DNA of 64,000 nt from the human T2T-CHM13v2.0 reference genome, Homo sapiens: NCBI RefSeq assembly GCF_009914755.1, contig NC_060947.1. One strand, given 5' to 3'. The notes beneath the pieces were generated by a model. It did not search any database, was not told the origin of the DNA, and worked only from the letters and a program-made list of their open reading frames with translations. The position numbers were made by a program, and so were the translations under genes. Positions within the stretch are counted from its first letter, which is position 1; every line of letters starts with the position of its first letter. Below, in pieces: positions 40,379 to 54,527 of this stretch.

Positions 40379-40492
40379 TTCCTTTATCGCATGCATGCGT
40401 GCACATGTGCGCAAAATTTAAAAGATACCATGGCAACAAATAAGCCATGTTCTTTTTTCCCCTAATGCTAAGGCAAAATAAAATGCCTAGTT

Positions 40493-40915
40493 AATATAGT
40501 GTAGTAGTTAAAAGCATAGAGTCTGGATTGACAAGGTTGGAATCCAGTTTCTTCCATCTTTTACCTTTATATAGCTAACCAAGTCACTTAACCTGTTGAG
40601 CCTCCACTTCCCCAGATATAATGTAATAATAATAATACTTCCCTCATGAAGCTATTTGAAAGGAAAGTAACAGCAAGTGCAGGAAAGAAACATCATTTAT
40701 TGAATGTCTATATGCCAGTTACTACAGTAGGTATTTAGGTTCATTGAGTCCTCTTGGAAAAGCTATAAGTATCAATATTCTATTTTACCAATGAAGAAAC
40801 TACAATTCAGAGGTAAGTGATGTACTCAAGCATATAAGGTAGTAAATGGCCAATCCAGGATTAGAATCCAACCGGGGCCCATTTGGTCACAAAGTCTATG
40901 TACCTTCCCACTATG
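40493..40915. mobile_element. Two MIRs, + (40493-40660) then - (40690-40915)
   Basis: AGTGTAGTAGTTAAAAGCATAGAGTCTGG..CAAGTCACTTAACCT; then CATTTATTGAATG..CTATTTTACCAATGAAGAAACT. Confidence 0.65.
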
Positions 40916-41159
40916 CTAATTTGTTTTTTAGGTGAAGAGAAATGAGTATTGATAGGAAAGATGGAGTGGCAAAGACCAATTTGACCAAATTCCCCATTTC
41001 TATTTTTGAGTATGTTTGGGGGCGACATGTGTTCCATAAATATCTATTGTGCACAAAGTAAGTTTATTTTGTTCTGCCTCAACTAGCAATGGACCACTCA
41101 TACATTTTCCCTTCTCAAGGGAAAAATAGATTTGATGGGGGAGTGTACTATTTTTCATA

Positions 41160-41350
41160 TATTTACCCATTAATTTGTCAGGCATTTACTGAGCTACTTT
41201 TATGTTCCAGGCATTGTGTTAGATGCTGAGAATACAGAACTTTAGAAAAGAAAAGAAGGAAAAAAAATGAAAAAAGAACCCAAACGATAAACACAAAACA
41301 AAACAAAATCATAAATAGCCCCTGCCCTCAAAGAGCTACTTGCATTAGCA
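41160..41350 (-). mobile_element. L2 3' fragment
   Basis: CATTTACTGAGC..TATGTTCCAGGCATTGTGTTAGATGCTGAGAATACAG...CCCTGCCCTCAAAGAGCT. Confidence 0.7.
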
Positions 41351-41555
41351 CATATGTGGAAGAGGTTGTTAAAGGGAAGCCATTTATACACAAGATACTT
41401 CTTTTTTTCTTTCTGGCTCCCAAAATAGAATCTTACCCCTAGGAATTGGTACGAGAAGATGAAGGAAACCAGCAAAAATAGTTACTCCAATCTATCTCAA
41501 TTCTGCTTTTAAAGTTAATCTCCCAATATTTATGGCCTGTAAGATGGGGTATATA

Positions 41556-41858
<303 letters not shown>

Positions 41859-42477
41859 TTGGGAATATAAAAACATAGGGAGTCTTAACATTCTGATGTG
41901 TCTTTTCAAAACTGAATGGCATGTTCCTTTTAAACAATGCCTTCATATAAAGAAATAGAATGAGTGTATCTTTAGACATTTAAGAAAGTTCAACAGTTAT
42001 TTAAGTTGTTTTAACTTTTTTTCCTCTCATCCCAACTTTTCCAGACACAGCAGAAAAAAAAGAACAGGAGCTATTTCAAAAGTCATAGCAAAAAAGGGGG
42101 ACTCTGTTATAGCCACAAGATTATAGAACCAAAATAATTACAAAGTGGTTTTTAAGCTAAGGCTAAATTTCCATCAGTATTCCTTATGAATGAGGTTTTA
42201 TTGTTTTTTGTGATTTGTTTTTTCTTTTTTTAGTGTTAATAGCTAATTGTATGCATCTGCAGCATGAAGTATGCTTTGTTCGGATTCTTTTCTATTAAAT
42301 GGCATCACTACAAAGAATATGGGCAAGAAACAAATTTCAAGACTATGTATCCCATTCCATCTTATTGATTACGTATTTCTGTGAATTAGCCTGAATCTCA
42401 TCCACAAAGCTGACTGGTTAAAGGAGGATTACAAGTGAATAAGAAATTCATGGAGAAGGAAAGATGATGTAAAATAT

Positions 42478-42525
42478 ATTGAAAATAATGGCAAAAACCT
42501 CATTTACTTTTTCATGAACCTAATA
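42478..42525 (+). mobile_element. MADE1 (mariner MITE) half-element
   Basis: ATTGAAAATAATGGCAAAAACCTCATTTACTTTTTCATGAACCTAATA resembles the MADE1 arm AATGGCAAAAACCGCAATTACTTTTGCACCAACCTAATA. Confidence 0.7.
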
Positions 42526-42690
42526 AATGGGGGCACATCTGACTCTAGAAAAACTTATATCCAAAATCATAAAGAAAAGTTAAGATGTCCTACTGAAATG
42601 GATGAATAAGTTAAACATTTTCCTACCTGTATCTTTTAGCTTCTAAGTCATTTCTTTCGATATCAAAGCTGCCAAGGTCATCTTTGACTC

Positions 42691-42748
42691 TGTGTGTGTG
42701 TGTATGTGTGTGTGTGTGCACGCGTGTGCGTGCACGCGTGCACGTATG
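42691..42748. repeat. (TG)n grading into a CG-containing alternating purine-pyrimidine tract
   Basis: TGTG...TGCACGCGTGTGCGTGCACGCGTGCACGTATG. Confidence 0.9.
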
Positions 42749-44954
42749 TTCATTTGATAGTTACACATTTTGAAAGCTCAACGTATTTCAAGTTGCTAAA
42801 ATTCCAAACAGAGCTGTAAATAAAATAATCCTGGTTGCAAAGTTAAACGACACAGTACAGAGGATTTCAGTACTGACTAGTACTACCGTTAATTTTTGAA
42901 GGAAAATGTACGTGTCCTCATATATTGGAATTTTTCTCTGGAAAAAAATAATTTTCCCTTATATTGCTAAAAAATAATAAGATTAAAATGCACCATTCAT
43001 TTTTTTTTAATTTCTGTATTTTCTTTGCTTGGGTTATTTTCCATAATTTTGTTGTTGTTCTTTGGCTGCTAGCTCATCTTCCTTATCTTATAGTGCCACC
43101 TATTGGTATATCAGAAATAGTGAGGATTTTAAAATGGACAAAAGTATAGAAATGTGCCTAAATAAAGCTCACTTCGCTTCAGTAGTCAAGTTCTGATAGA
43201 GGAGCGGGATCTATGCTTTTGCCCTTATAATTATTTGTTCCTAGGGAAAAAGCAATATTCAACCATTTTCACTATTCTTTCCTCCAGGGTATTTGATCTA
43301 GGTGGTCTTGTTAGCAGTTATGTAGTAAATCCATTTCCCCAAATCTGGCGAACCACAGTAAAAATAAAACTGGATGATTTGGGCTTCTATATTAGAGCTT
43401 GATATTTTAGGAAATGAGGTAAGACTTCTTTCTTCTTTATGCATGAAAAGAAAGCTTCTAGAAGGCAACCATGTCCTTCTCAAGGACATAGCAAATTAGC
43501 ACGTATTTTTAGAGAGCTACATTTGATAAGTTTTACATATAGCCTGTGGTGAAGCTGAAGAAGTGGATAAAGGGGCTATCAGGTGGTTATTACAGAGATT
43601 TTATTCAAGAATTCTCTATAACCCTCATCTCTGTAGGGGTAACTCTTTTACCTTGCACCTGAGTGCAGGACTGGGCCCCAACCCTGGCATCCGGATAATT
43701 TGAATGTGGATCTCTGGAGGTTTGCTCCCCTTCACTAGGATTGTAAGACATGGGCTGGAATAGGAATAACTTCAAAGAACTATACCCTCACCATGGTGAT
43801 AAGGGGCTCATTGCTTGCCCTTTGCTGATTTCAAAACAGTGAATAAAGCCTAAATTGCCTGTTCTAAATGAGTGACAAAGAGCAATAGAGAGAAAAAAGT
43901 CTGTATCAGGACTCTTCCTATCTGTGCCAAACATTATGTCCAAATTGAAAATAAACTGGGAAAGAGGATGAATATAGGAGAAATTCCTGACTATAAGAAC
44001 TCTAGGAATATTCCACTTATTGACAAGCTTGTCCTATTCCAATGTTACTAATCCCATTATTGATGGATTAATAATGAACTATTGTAAAATAATAAGAATC
44101 TATTAATTACTTTAGAAAGGTAACAATGCTACCTGTGTGTGCCAATGGGCCTCCTATTCTCTAGCATTGAACTACATAATTATACTTAGAAAAGAAATGT
44201 TGGATAATAAACAATCAAAAGACTTATAATGATGTGGTCTTCAGAAGGCTGAAAGCATAAGATAATTTTAGTAATTCAGTGTCACCATTAAAGTTACTTT
44301 TTACCTGGATATGGAAAATAACTAGCATACTGGGAATATGTCCTTAACTTTTAGCAAGCAGAGTGCATCCTTTAAAAACAAAAATCCCTTCCGTTGTAGA
44401 TCTCTTAAAGTAAGACAAACATCCTCAACTCTTTCAGGTACAGGCATTCTCTGAGTGGTGATCAACCAAATGGACTCTAAAGATTCAGTCGACAGAGCCT
44501 CTGTGGATTTACTTAAGGACAGGAAAATCATGTTTTAAGGAACAGACAAGCCAGGAAATGCACCAAGGCAATCAACTCAGTGAAGTATTCTAGTACCCCT
44601 GCATAAGAAAAAAAGAATTCCTTTCTTATTTAAATGTCTCTATAATGGGAGATACGATGGTGAGAGCCCCTCCTAATATGAGTTAAATATAATAATTATA
44701 TCTTTATAAAAGCTTATTCAAAGTTATTCTCACTCAGTTTCACTGAACATCTTCCAAAATAACCTAAATGAAAATTCCAGTGGTATTAAGAAAAAGAGAT
44801 ATTAACTCTATTTGTCACTCAAAAGATAAGATTCCTTTCATTCATTTTTAAACGGTGTATGCTACAAAGGAGAAGAAACTTGTTTCTCAGACCTTAGAGT
44901 CGAATGGTTTACTTTAGACTCTGAGAGGTGGTCTCTATTAAGTGAAGCAATAAC

Positions 44955-45135
44955 AATGGTAGCTAGCATTTATTAAGCACATACTACATTCTAAGGGCTA
45001 TGCTAAAAGATTTTGATCCTAATAACATAGGAAAAGTACTATTATTCTTATGTAACTTGCCCAAGGTTACTCCTCTAATAAGTAGCAGAGCAGATACTAA
45101 AACCTAGGCCATTCTAACAAGTCAATATGCCATAG
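44955..45135 (-). mobile_element. MIR
   Basis: AGCTAGCATTTATTAAGCAC...GTAACTTGCCCAAGGTTAC..TAAGTAGCAGAGC. Confidence 0.7.
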
Positions 45136-45149
45136 TACCTCATCATATA

Positions 45150-45622
45150 AAGGTAAGCAGAAGGGCCTATGGATGAACAGTTTTGGAGAGATCTGCAAGA
45201 CTTCCCAGAAGAGATGATCATCCAAGATGAAACCTAAAGGAGAAACAGAAATTACTCAAGCAAAGCAGAAATAAGAATGTTTTAGGCTAAAGAAAAAGTG
45301 TAAGAAGGCATAAAAAGAAAAAATAAGGTTTGTTTCATGAACTGCATGAAACAAACTCCTCTCACTGTGTGAGAGGAGTAGTAAGGAGAAATCATCATGA
45401 AAAGATTAGAAGATCATGGAAAACCTTACATGACAGGTGAGAGAATTTGAAATTCATCAAGAGGCATTGAAAGACCCATTTTAAGAAGGGGAGTGCCATG
45501 ATCAGATTTATGTTTTTGAAAAAATAAGTCAACTCTGGATCAAGAGTACAAAACACATTGGACAGAAGCAAGACTAGAAATAAGAATAGTTAGGAGGCTG
45601 TTTCAATGATCCATGAAAGAAA
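45150..45622 (-). mobile_element. L2 fragment
   Basis: AAGACTTCCCAGAAGAGATGA...TTTTAAGAAGGGGAGTGCCATGATCAGATTTATGTTTT...GTTAGGAGGCTGTTTCAAT. Confidence 0.7.
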
Positions 45623-45624
45623 TT

Positions 45625-46166
45625 ATGTGTATATATGAAATGGAGCTTATTAGGGAGAATTGGCTCACACAATCATAAGGCGAAGTCCCACGATAGGCCA
45701 TCTGCAAGCTGGGGAAGAGAGAAGCCGCCAGTGGCTCAGTCTGAGTTTGAAAGCATCAAAACCAGGGAAGCCAACAGTGCAACCTTCAATCTGTGGCCAA
45801 AAGCCTGAGAGCCTCTGGCCATTCACTGGTGCAAGTACCAGAGTTTAAAGGCCAAAGAACCTGGAGTCTGATGTCCAATGGCAGAAAGAGTGAAAGCAAG
45901 CATCCAGTATGGGAAGATTAAAGAAACCGAAGACTCAGCAAGCAAAGCTATTCCACCTTCTTCCACCTGCTTTGTTCTAGCTGTGCTGGCAGCTGATTGG
46001 ATGGTGCCCACCCACACTGAAGATGAGTCTGCCTCTCCCAGTGCACTGACTCTAACGTCAATCTCCTCTTGGAATGCCCTCAAAGACACACCCAGAAACA
46101 ATACTTTACCAGCCATCTAGGCAACCCTTAATCCAGTTAAGTTGACATCTAATATTAATTATCACA
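45625..46166 (-). mobile_element. MLT2A-like (ERVL) LTR
   Basis: GCTGATTGGATGGTGCCCACCCACACTGA...GACACACCCAGAAACAATACTTTACC...AAGTTGACATCTAATATTAATTATCACA. Confidence 0.9.
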
Positions 46167-47405
46167 AGTTGAAACTGTACCCCTTCCTTTCACCATATAA
46201 AAAAATCAACTCCAGATTGATTAAATATTTAAATGTAAAACCTAAAAATATAAAAAAAACCTAGAAGAAAACCTAGGAAATATGGTTCTGGACATAGGCC
46301 TTGGCAAAGATTTCATGATGAAGACTCCAAAAGCAATTGCAAGAAAAACAAAAATTGACAAGTGGGACCTAATTTAACTAAAGAGCTTCTGCACAGCAAA
46401 AGAAAATATCAACAGAGTAATCAAATTACAGAATGGGATAAAATATTTGCAAGCTATGCATCTGACAAAGCTCTAATGTTCAGGATCTATTAGAAATGTA
46501 AAATAACCAGCAAAGTACAAGTAATCCCACTAAAAATCGCAAATGACATGAACAGACACTTCTGAAATGAAGACATACACATGAACAACAAACATGAGAA
46601 AGAATACTCAATATCACTAATAATTAAAGAAATACAGATCAAAACCACAATAAGACAACATCTCACACTAGTCAGAATGGCTATTATTAAAAAGTAAAAA
46701 AATAACAGATGCTGGTAACATTGAAGAGAAAAGGGAATGCTTATACACTGATGGTGGGAAGGTAAATTAGTTCAGCCACTGTGGAAAGCAGTTTGGAGAT
46801 TTCTCAAAGAACTTAAAGCAGGGTTGCCATGTGACTGAGCAATCCCATTACTGGGTACACACCCAAAGGAATATAAATTGTTTTACCATAAAGACTCATG
46901 AACACATATGTTCATTGCAGCACTTCTCACAATAGCAAAGACAAGTAATCAACCTAGATGCCCATGAGTGGTGGGCTGGATAAAGAAAATGTGGTACATA
47001 TATACTATGGAATACTACACAGCTATAAAGAAGAATAAGATTATGTCCTTTGCAGCAATATGAATGTGGCTGGAGGCCATTATCCTAAGCGAATTAATGC
47101 AGTAACAGAAAAACAAATACCACATATTCTCACTTCTAAGTGGGAGCTATTGAGTATACATGGACACAAAAAACGGAACAACAGGCACCGGGGCCTACTT
47201 GAGGGTAGAGGGTAGAGGAGTGAGGGTTGAAGAACTACCTATCAGGTACCATGAGCATTACCTGAGTAGTTAGATAATCTGTACACCAAACTCCTGCAAC
47301 ATGCAATTTACTCATGTAACAAACCTGCACATGTTCTCCCTGGAGCTAAAATAAAAGTTGGGAGGAAAAAATAAACATAAAAATAAAAAAAGCCATTCAA
47401 AAAAA
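46167..47405 (+). mobile_element. 5'-truncated L1PA15/16-like (ORF2 3' end plus 3'UTR)
   Basis: AAAGAGCTTCTGCACAGCAAAAGAAA; GGAATACTACACAGC; AACAAACCTGCACATG; A-rich tail. Confidence 0.92.
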
Positions 47406-47413
47406 ATGAACAT

Positions 47414-47415
<2 letters not shown>

Positions 47416-47448
<33 letters not shown>

Positions 47449-47465
47449 TACATGCACACACACAC
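47416..47465. repeat. (CA)n microsatellite
   Basis: Directly visible. Confidence 0.9.
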
Positions 47466-48432
47466 AGACACCACTTATATTTAAAACTTGTATATATTTT
47501 CCATTCTACTTAATAAACTATATACCTCTATTTAATATAAACTTGAGGAAGACAAGCAAACAAGAAACTACGGTGCTTGTACCAACATCTAAAGCTCATT
47601 GAGCTCTTAATCTGGAGCCTATTTTATATATACTGTCTCATAATATACATAATTCCATACAGTCCTTTAAAATGGAAACTAAAATAAGGAAATTGACACT
47701 GAAAGAGACTAAACAACTTTTGCATTCACCTCAGGCCTGTGCAATCTAAGGCTTGTGCTCTTCACTGCTATGCTCTGTTATGTATTTATAATTTACAAGC
47801 ACTTTGGGTTTATTACAGGTAAATAGCATTTGCTTTTGTACCCACTAAGAATAGTAGTTTTACTGATTTTTTTATTATTCTAAAATTTCAAAAAAGAGTC
47901 ACTTTTTCAAGCTTTCATTGCACTAGAGGCTTCTACTTTTATAGCAGTTGTCTTGATAATCTTTTATTTATGATTTTAAAAGTAATTTCTTGCTCTGATG
48001 AAATGATTTTAAAAGGTGTTTCAATAGCTTTATATATTTATAAATAACATTTAACAATTCTACTTAATAGCAGAATTGTTTATTTTCAGAGTTAAGGTGA
48101 TGGTCTTTGGTTTCAACCATCTCAAAATGATAACAGAGTATCTTTTTGACAGGCCTTTCATGATAATATAAACCAAATTCTTGAAGACAATTACGAGATT
48201 TCTCTTAGGTCTTATTTAAATGTATTTCTGGAAAAATACACTTAAAAATGTCTCTTTACATTCACAAAATATCAGGAAAGACAATAATTCTGCATAGTAG
48301 CTAGTGCTAATCTTTCCTTAGCAATGAGAATCACCACAATAGTAAAAAGTGTGAATGGAAATGACATTGTGACACTTGAGCATTCCAATATTTTGAATTC
48401 TTAAGGATTTGTAAGATGAAAATGTCTCTTTC

Positions 48433-48802
<370 letters not shown>

Positions 48803-49521
48803 TCAGTTCTCCAGGAAAATATTTTATCACTGTGTCTACATAGTGCCAAGGCATGATCAATTTGGTGATTTCAATAAGGTTAAAGAAATCAGGCAATTTT
48901 GTGAAAAAAAAAAAAAAAAAAAAAAAAAAAGAGTGATAATTTGGTTGAATGGGGCTGCTCGGCTGCCTTTAGCCATCAACTGGTATAGTTTGTGTATACA
49001 GTTACAACCTGAGTCATTTGTCTTCTCGTGTGTCGCCACTATAATCCATGTCTTCAAAAACACCAACTACAATGTCAAGTTATGAAATCAATGTTAAATA
49101 ATTGTCATGAGGACACTTTCTTTTTCTGTAGGTTGTAGAAATTAAAAACTGAAATTGAAAAATTTAAAAAGCACCTTGGAGAAAAATAAAGCTATGTTTC
49201 AAAGATATGCTTCAAACCAACTAACATTATCTTTTAAATTTATTTTTACAATAAAGATATTTAAAGCTGAAAGAAGATATCCCCTCCATTCCAAAGCAGC
49301 ATTATGCATTACAGGAGGAGACAGATTACATTTCTATTTTTGAAATAAATTGAAAATATTTATATTTTCCTCAATAAAACACCTACCAAAAATATAACCC
49401 CCAAAGTTATTTGAATTTATGCATTTTCTTGATTGAAAATTATAATTTATATTCTATAGACCATTACACATATCTGATTCTTTTTTATAGGAGGGATCAT
49501 ATTGATAAAGAATATGAATTA

Positions 49522-49821
<300 letters not shown>

Positions 49822-51469
49822 AAGAATATGAATTAAACATAACAAAGCAGTAGCTGAGTATTGAAGTACTGTGAAAGGAAAAGGAGTAGCCACATAAAAG
49901 CAAATTTAAAAAAACTAAAACTGAAACAAACCCAAGCATAATAGAATAGAAAAGTTTGGGCCAAAATATCAGAATCTGTCAGCAACACGTACTTCAATTC
50001 AGTTGAATACAATCTACTTTTATCCAAATAATGTGAAAAGAGCAATCACACTATCTAGGAGAGGAGGACAGTTACCCTGTGCTGTAGGAAGCCCATGATA
50101 TTTAGTATTAGGGAGGCCTCTAGCCATATTTAAAAAAAAATACATAAATGCAATGCTACACAAATACACTGAGCAGGTAATCACAATGTTTTTTTGTTTT
50201 TTTTTTTTTCAGAAAAATTATGTGCTATATTTATACTTCTCCATATATTCAGAGTTTGTGTAGATGTGAAAGCCGTGTTTCTTCATTTTGTAAAACCAAC
50301 CAAACATTGATTATGGAGCACATTTGTGGTTTATGTTGATCTTTAAGGTAATAATATTTTCTAAATCAATCTTTGCACTATCAACAAACATTTCCTGACA
50401 ACTAACTGTAATGCAGAACTAGGCACTGTCAGGGGGAACACCAGCATTGACAATGGTGTATTTTTTAAGTGTAATAACAATTGAGTCCCTCCTCTTAAGA
50501 GCACAGGATCTACAACCAACTACCTTCCCTCCCTTCACCCTTTTCCTCCTTTTTCTTTACATAAATGTTTGTTGAGAGTCCATTTAGTACAGAACACTGT
50601 ACTGGGTACTGTTAGGGACTCTTCATTTAACTAAAGTGTAGATAAATCAGATATATGAACCAACTTCCACAAGAAATTATTTATGACCAATTTTATAAAG
50701 TTCAATTAGGACTAAGAGAGCTTCAAAGCATTATATCTGATGAAATATCCTGGCAATATCATATCTCAGGATTGTGGTACGACTAATATGAGACTCTTTC
50801 CAGAGCATCTGTTCTAGCCTGCTCAGGTTTCTGTACCTTCTCTTATACTGTATAAAATTAATGAAGTTTACTGGATTCAATATTTGGTCTCCTACTTAGC
50901 TAACTGAGTACCAAAAGCTCATTTCTCTTAATATGATGGCAAAAGTAGTGATTACTTCTGGCTAAATGGAGAGTGGAAAAAAGACAGCTTTTTTTTTTTT
51001 CCTTATTTCCTCAGACTGTGCCAAATTATCATGAAGGATATGGAATGGTTCTTGGTCTGTTTGTGTTCTAATCATCTACATTTCAAGTCTCAAGAGCTTG
51101 TTGTTTTCTCTACCACAATTTGCTAACTTATGAAACAGTTTTCTATACCAATTGAGAGTTTGCTCCATTGAGTTCTGGTGCACCAGAAGAGGTAAAGGTT
51201 ATTTGGTTCTGACAACCCAAATTCAGTGGAAGTATTTTGAGTTGTAGTTTCCTCTTTGATTTTCAAAGAACAATCTGACAAGTTTATTAACAATAAGCAC
51301 ACCATCCATTTTGAATAGAAAAGAAGAAAAGAAAAAGCATAGTGTCTGCCCGTCTATGATAAATAGTGACAAAAGAACAGAACACTAGGCATTCATTGAG
51401 TGCCTAGTGTGGGCCAGGTGCTTTGCTGTCCTTATTTAGTATAAAAATTAAAACTCACAAGGCTCAAAT

Positions 51470-51560
51470 CTATATTAGTTTGCTGGGCTACCATAAGAAA
51501 GTGCTACAGACTCAGTGGTTTCAACAACAGAAGTTTACTTTCTCAATTTTGGAGGCTAGG
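51470..51560 (-). mobile_element. MLT1-type LTR end fragment
   Basis: TATTAGTTTGCTGGGCTACCATAA..CAGACTCAGTGGTTTCAACAACAGAAGTTTA..GGAGGCTAG. Confidence 0.7.
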
Positions 51561-51837
51561 TAGAGTCAGAATGCCAAAGCACCCCTTTGGTTGTGGGCTG
51601 GGAGTCAGTGTATTGTGCCTGAAATCAAGAACTGTGGTTTGTCCTTTGTTCAAGTTTAGTGCAAGTTTCAGAAGGTAGCAACTGAATCATTCCACCTCCC
51701 CATTTCTTTCCTTCCATATTTAAAACTTTAAGAACAACAGAAACACACAAGACACGCTGTATTTTTTGCAGAATTGTGAACATAGCACAAATACACTTGT
51801 ATATCATTATAATAAAGCAAGGCATTTTTGTTCGTAA

Positions 51838-52503
51838 TGTCGACAAAAAACATTAAACTCTGTAAAATATTTGAAGAGATTTATTCTGAGCCAAATATGG
51901 GTGAACCTGGCCCGTGAGATGCCCTAAGGTGGTCCAGAAAGGTGGGACAATTTAAAGTGGGTTGGGTCGGGGGGCTTCCAGGCTATAGGTAAATTTAAAC
52001 ATTTTCTGGTTGACAATTGTTTGAGATTGTCTAAAGACCTGGGATTAATAGAAAGGAAATGTTCAGATTAAGAAAAAAGATTGTGGAGACCAAGGTTCTT
52101 TTGAAGTCTCACAGTGGCTGCCCTTAGAGACAATAGATGACAAATATTTCCTATTCAGACCTTTAAAAAAGTGCTAGACTCTCAGTAAATCTCTTCAGGA
52201 TTAGGAGGCCCTGGAAGAAAAAGATCTAGCTATGTTAATAGAGATTCTTTACAGATGCAAATTTTCCCCAACAAAGGACGGCTTTGCAGGGCCATTTCCA
52301 AAAGAAACATGTTTTGGGGTAAAATATTTTTATTTTCTTCTTTGTCATGTAATGTTATGCCAGAGTCAGATTGGAAAGTAGGTCACGATATATAGGGTTA
52401 AAGAAAATTCAACTGATGAGAATTCACTGTTTGTAGGGCATGACTCCCCAGACCTCTTAGATAGGAGTCTGGGCAAGATAAAACAATCAGAGCTTAGTCC
52501 TCA
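51838..52503 (-). mobile_element. MER4-group solo LTR (MER4E/D-like)
   Basis: TG...CA termini; AAACTCTGTAAAATATTTGAAGAGATTTATTCTGAGCCAAATATG; end AATCAGAGCTTAGTCCTCA; near-TSD GTAA/ATAA. Confidence 0.85.
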
Positions 52504-54213
52504 ATAACATTAAATAGCAAAAGGTAACTAAATACTGCCAGACTACAGTGCAAAACAACACATTTTTTATATTCCAATAAATATAAATATGATTTATAAA
52601 ACATTCCCTATTACGGTTTCTCTTTTTAATTTTATTTTTATAAAGTCTTTTGTTATTTTTCTTAAGCATTCTGAATATCCATGATTTAATAATAGCATCT
52701 ATGAAATAACCAAGTATTAAAGATCAGCAATATTTTACCCAATTGCATCCCATTTTTTAACTTACCATCATTATTATTGGGAGAATCATAATTCATTATC
52801 CCTGCTTGATACAACTGAATAGAACTTTACAAGAATGTTTGCTGCACACACATTCTTTGAGTTTTGTTAAAGAGCAGAAGGTTTAAACAGCAAAGAGGAA
52901 GGTCAAGAAGGCAAAGTAAAAGTTCCTATTTCATGGAATTACTTGATTTACTTATCGTTTTCCTTGAGGTCTGACAGACATACTGGTGGTTAACTTAACT
53001 CCTTCAGATAGATTTAAATGCTCTGGGAAATGTTTATTTGACCTACCCTTGGAGATGTTTTGATATAAGTTCTTTATTGTTTAATAATTTGGTAATTCTA
53101 AAAGGTCTTAAGAAATGACCAAGAGCAGAAATAAACATTAACCATTATATATTCCAGTGGTGGATTAAGCTGATAGAAAGGGGTGGGGGTTTCAAGGAGT
53201 GGTGATAATGCTTTAAAGGGTTTTACTTGTTGTTTTATAACTGCTGAATCTCATAATCTTCCTGGTTTACCCTAGATGTGTATCATCTGTAAGCTTTCCT
53301 TTTTGGCATATTAGATTTATCCTGTCCTTTTCTAGTCTGTAGTGAAGCTCAATAAAAAGGCCAGGTGTTTCATAGTAGATAGCCAAATACAATGTTAATG
53401 ACAATAGACTGCAGAATAACAGGCATAAAAGCTTTATACACAGAATACAGTAAATATATGTTAGAGTACAATTTCCTTAATTTGCCCCATCAGTCAAAGC
53501 TGAAAAGTCTCCTGAAGGTATTGCACCTCTCCCTCCATCTTATTATCTAAGTGCCTTATTTGTAGACTATGTTACATTTTTTTTTCCTCAGGTTTCGTTG
53601 AGAAAATAGACTTCTCCCATCTTCTTATGTAGTGTTTAAACAGCTTTACCGAAAAATAAAAATAGGTCAGTAAACTGGGTGGAAAAATTGATGAGACCTC
53701 CATTTCAACCCTTACACCCCAACTTTAATAATCAAGACTTCAGTTGATATAAAAAAGTCATATTACCCAGTCTCCTGACACTTTTTGCCCCCCAAACCTA
53801 ATCCCTTCATCAAAGTGATAGATTTTAGTTTCAAAATTACAGTTCTATTTGTATAGTCCATCTTTTTCTAACAACATCACAAATCCAAGCTACTCTTTTA
53901 AAGGCCGCATTGAGAGTAAGCCCTCAACAGGTCTGATTGATTTTACCCGTCTCCTACTCTCTCATATTGAAATCAATATTACCTGTGTGTACGTGGTGAT
54001 GAGAGATTGCTACATGGATAAAACATCTAGTTTTCTCATGCATATTCTTTTGAAAAATCTAAAGGTCATAGCCGGACTAGAAGTTATAAAATGCAAATAA
54101 AATAAAGTTTTCAATTTTTCAAAGATTCATTTCCCACAACAGCACAGTATGAAGAGAAAGGCAGTATGAAGTGCTTTCGGTGTGTGGGAATCATGATTTC
54201 AACATTACACTCT

Positions 54214-54527
54214 TGTAAACCAAAAGGTATCTGAGACAGGTCTCAATCAATTCAAAGTTTATTTTGCCAAGGCTTGGGACAGGCCCAGAAGGAAATAAAC
54301 AAACACACACAGAATCACAGAAATAGTCTGTGGTCTGTGATGAATTTGAGGGCTTCAATATTTAAGGGGGAAAAATGGGCTAGAGGGGAAAAAGGGAGGG
54401 TACGGTAATTCACATGTTGCAAGAGAAAAGGAGGAGGTGGGGGAATAGTCAATTATGTATTTGTCTCCTGCTCAGTAAATTGGCACTTTACATAAGATAA
54501 GGTGAACATACAGTAGCTACCTATAGA
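54214..54527 (-). mobile_element. Truncated MER4A-like LTR
   Basis: TGTAAACCAAAAGGTATCTGAGACAGGTCTCAATCAAT..GTTTATTTTGCCAAGG; stops abruptly at the L1 5'UTR. Confidence 0.82.

Noticed and set aside
40064-40414. 116-aa ORF with an internal 36-aa repeat
   Set aside because: The repeat simply reflects the 108-bp DNA duplication in a MIR; no coding evidence.
42478-42525. miR-548-type hairpin from MADE1
   Set aside because: Only one arm of the MITE is present, so no hairpin can form.
44322-44531. Protein-like 69-aa minus-strand ORF (STESLESIWLITTQRMPVPERVED...)
   Set aside because: No family recognised and the splice signals are weak; this length is expected by chance. BLASTP/PhyloCSF would settle it.
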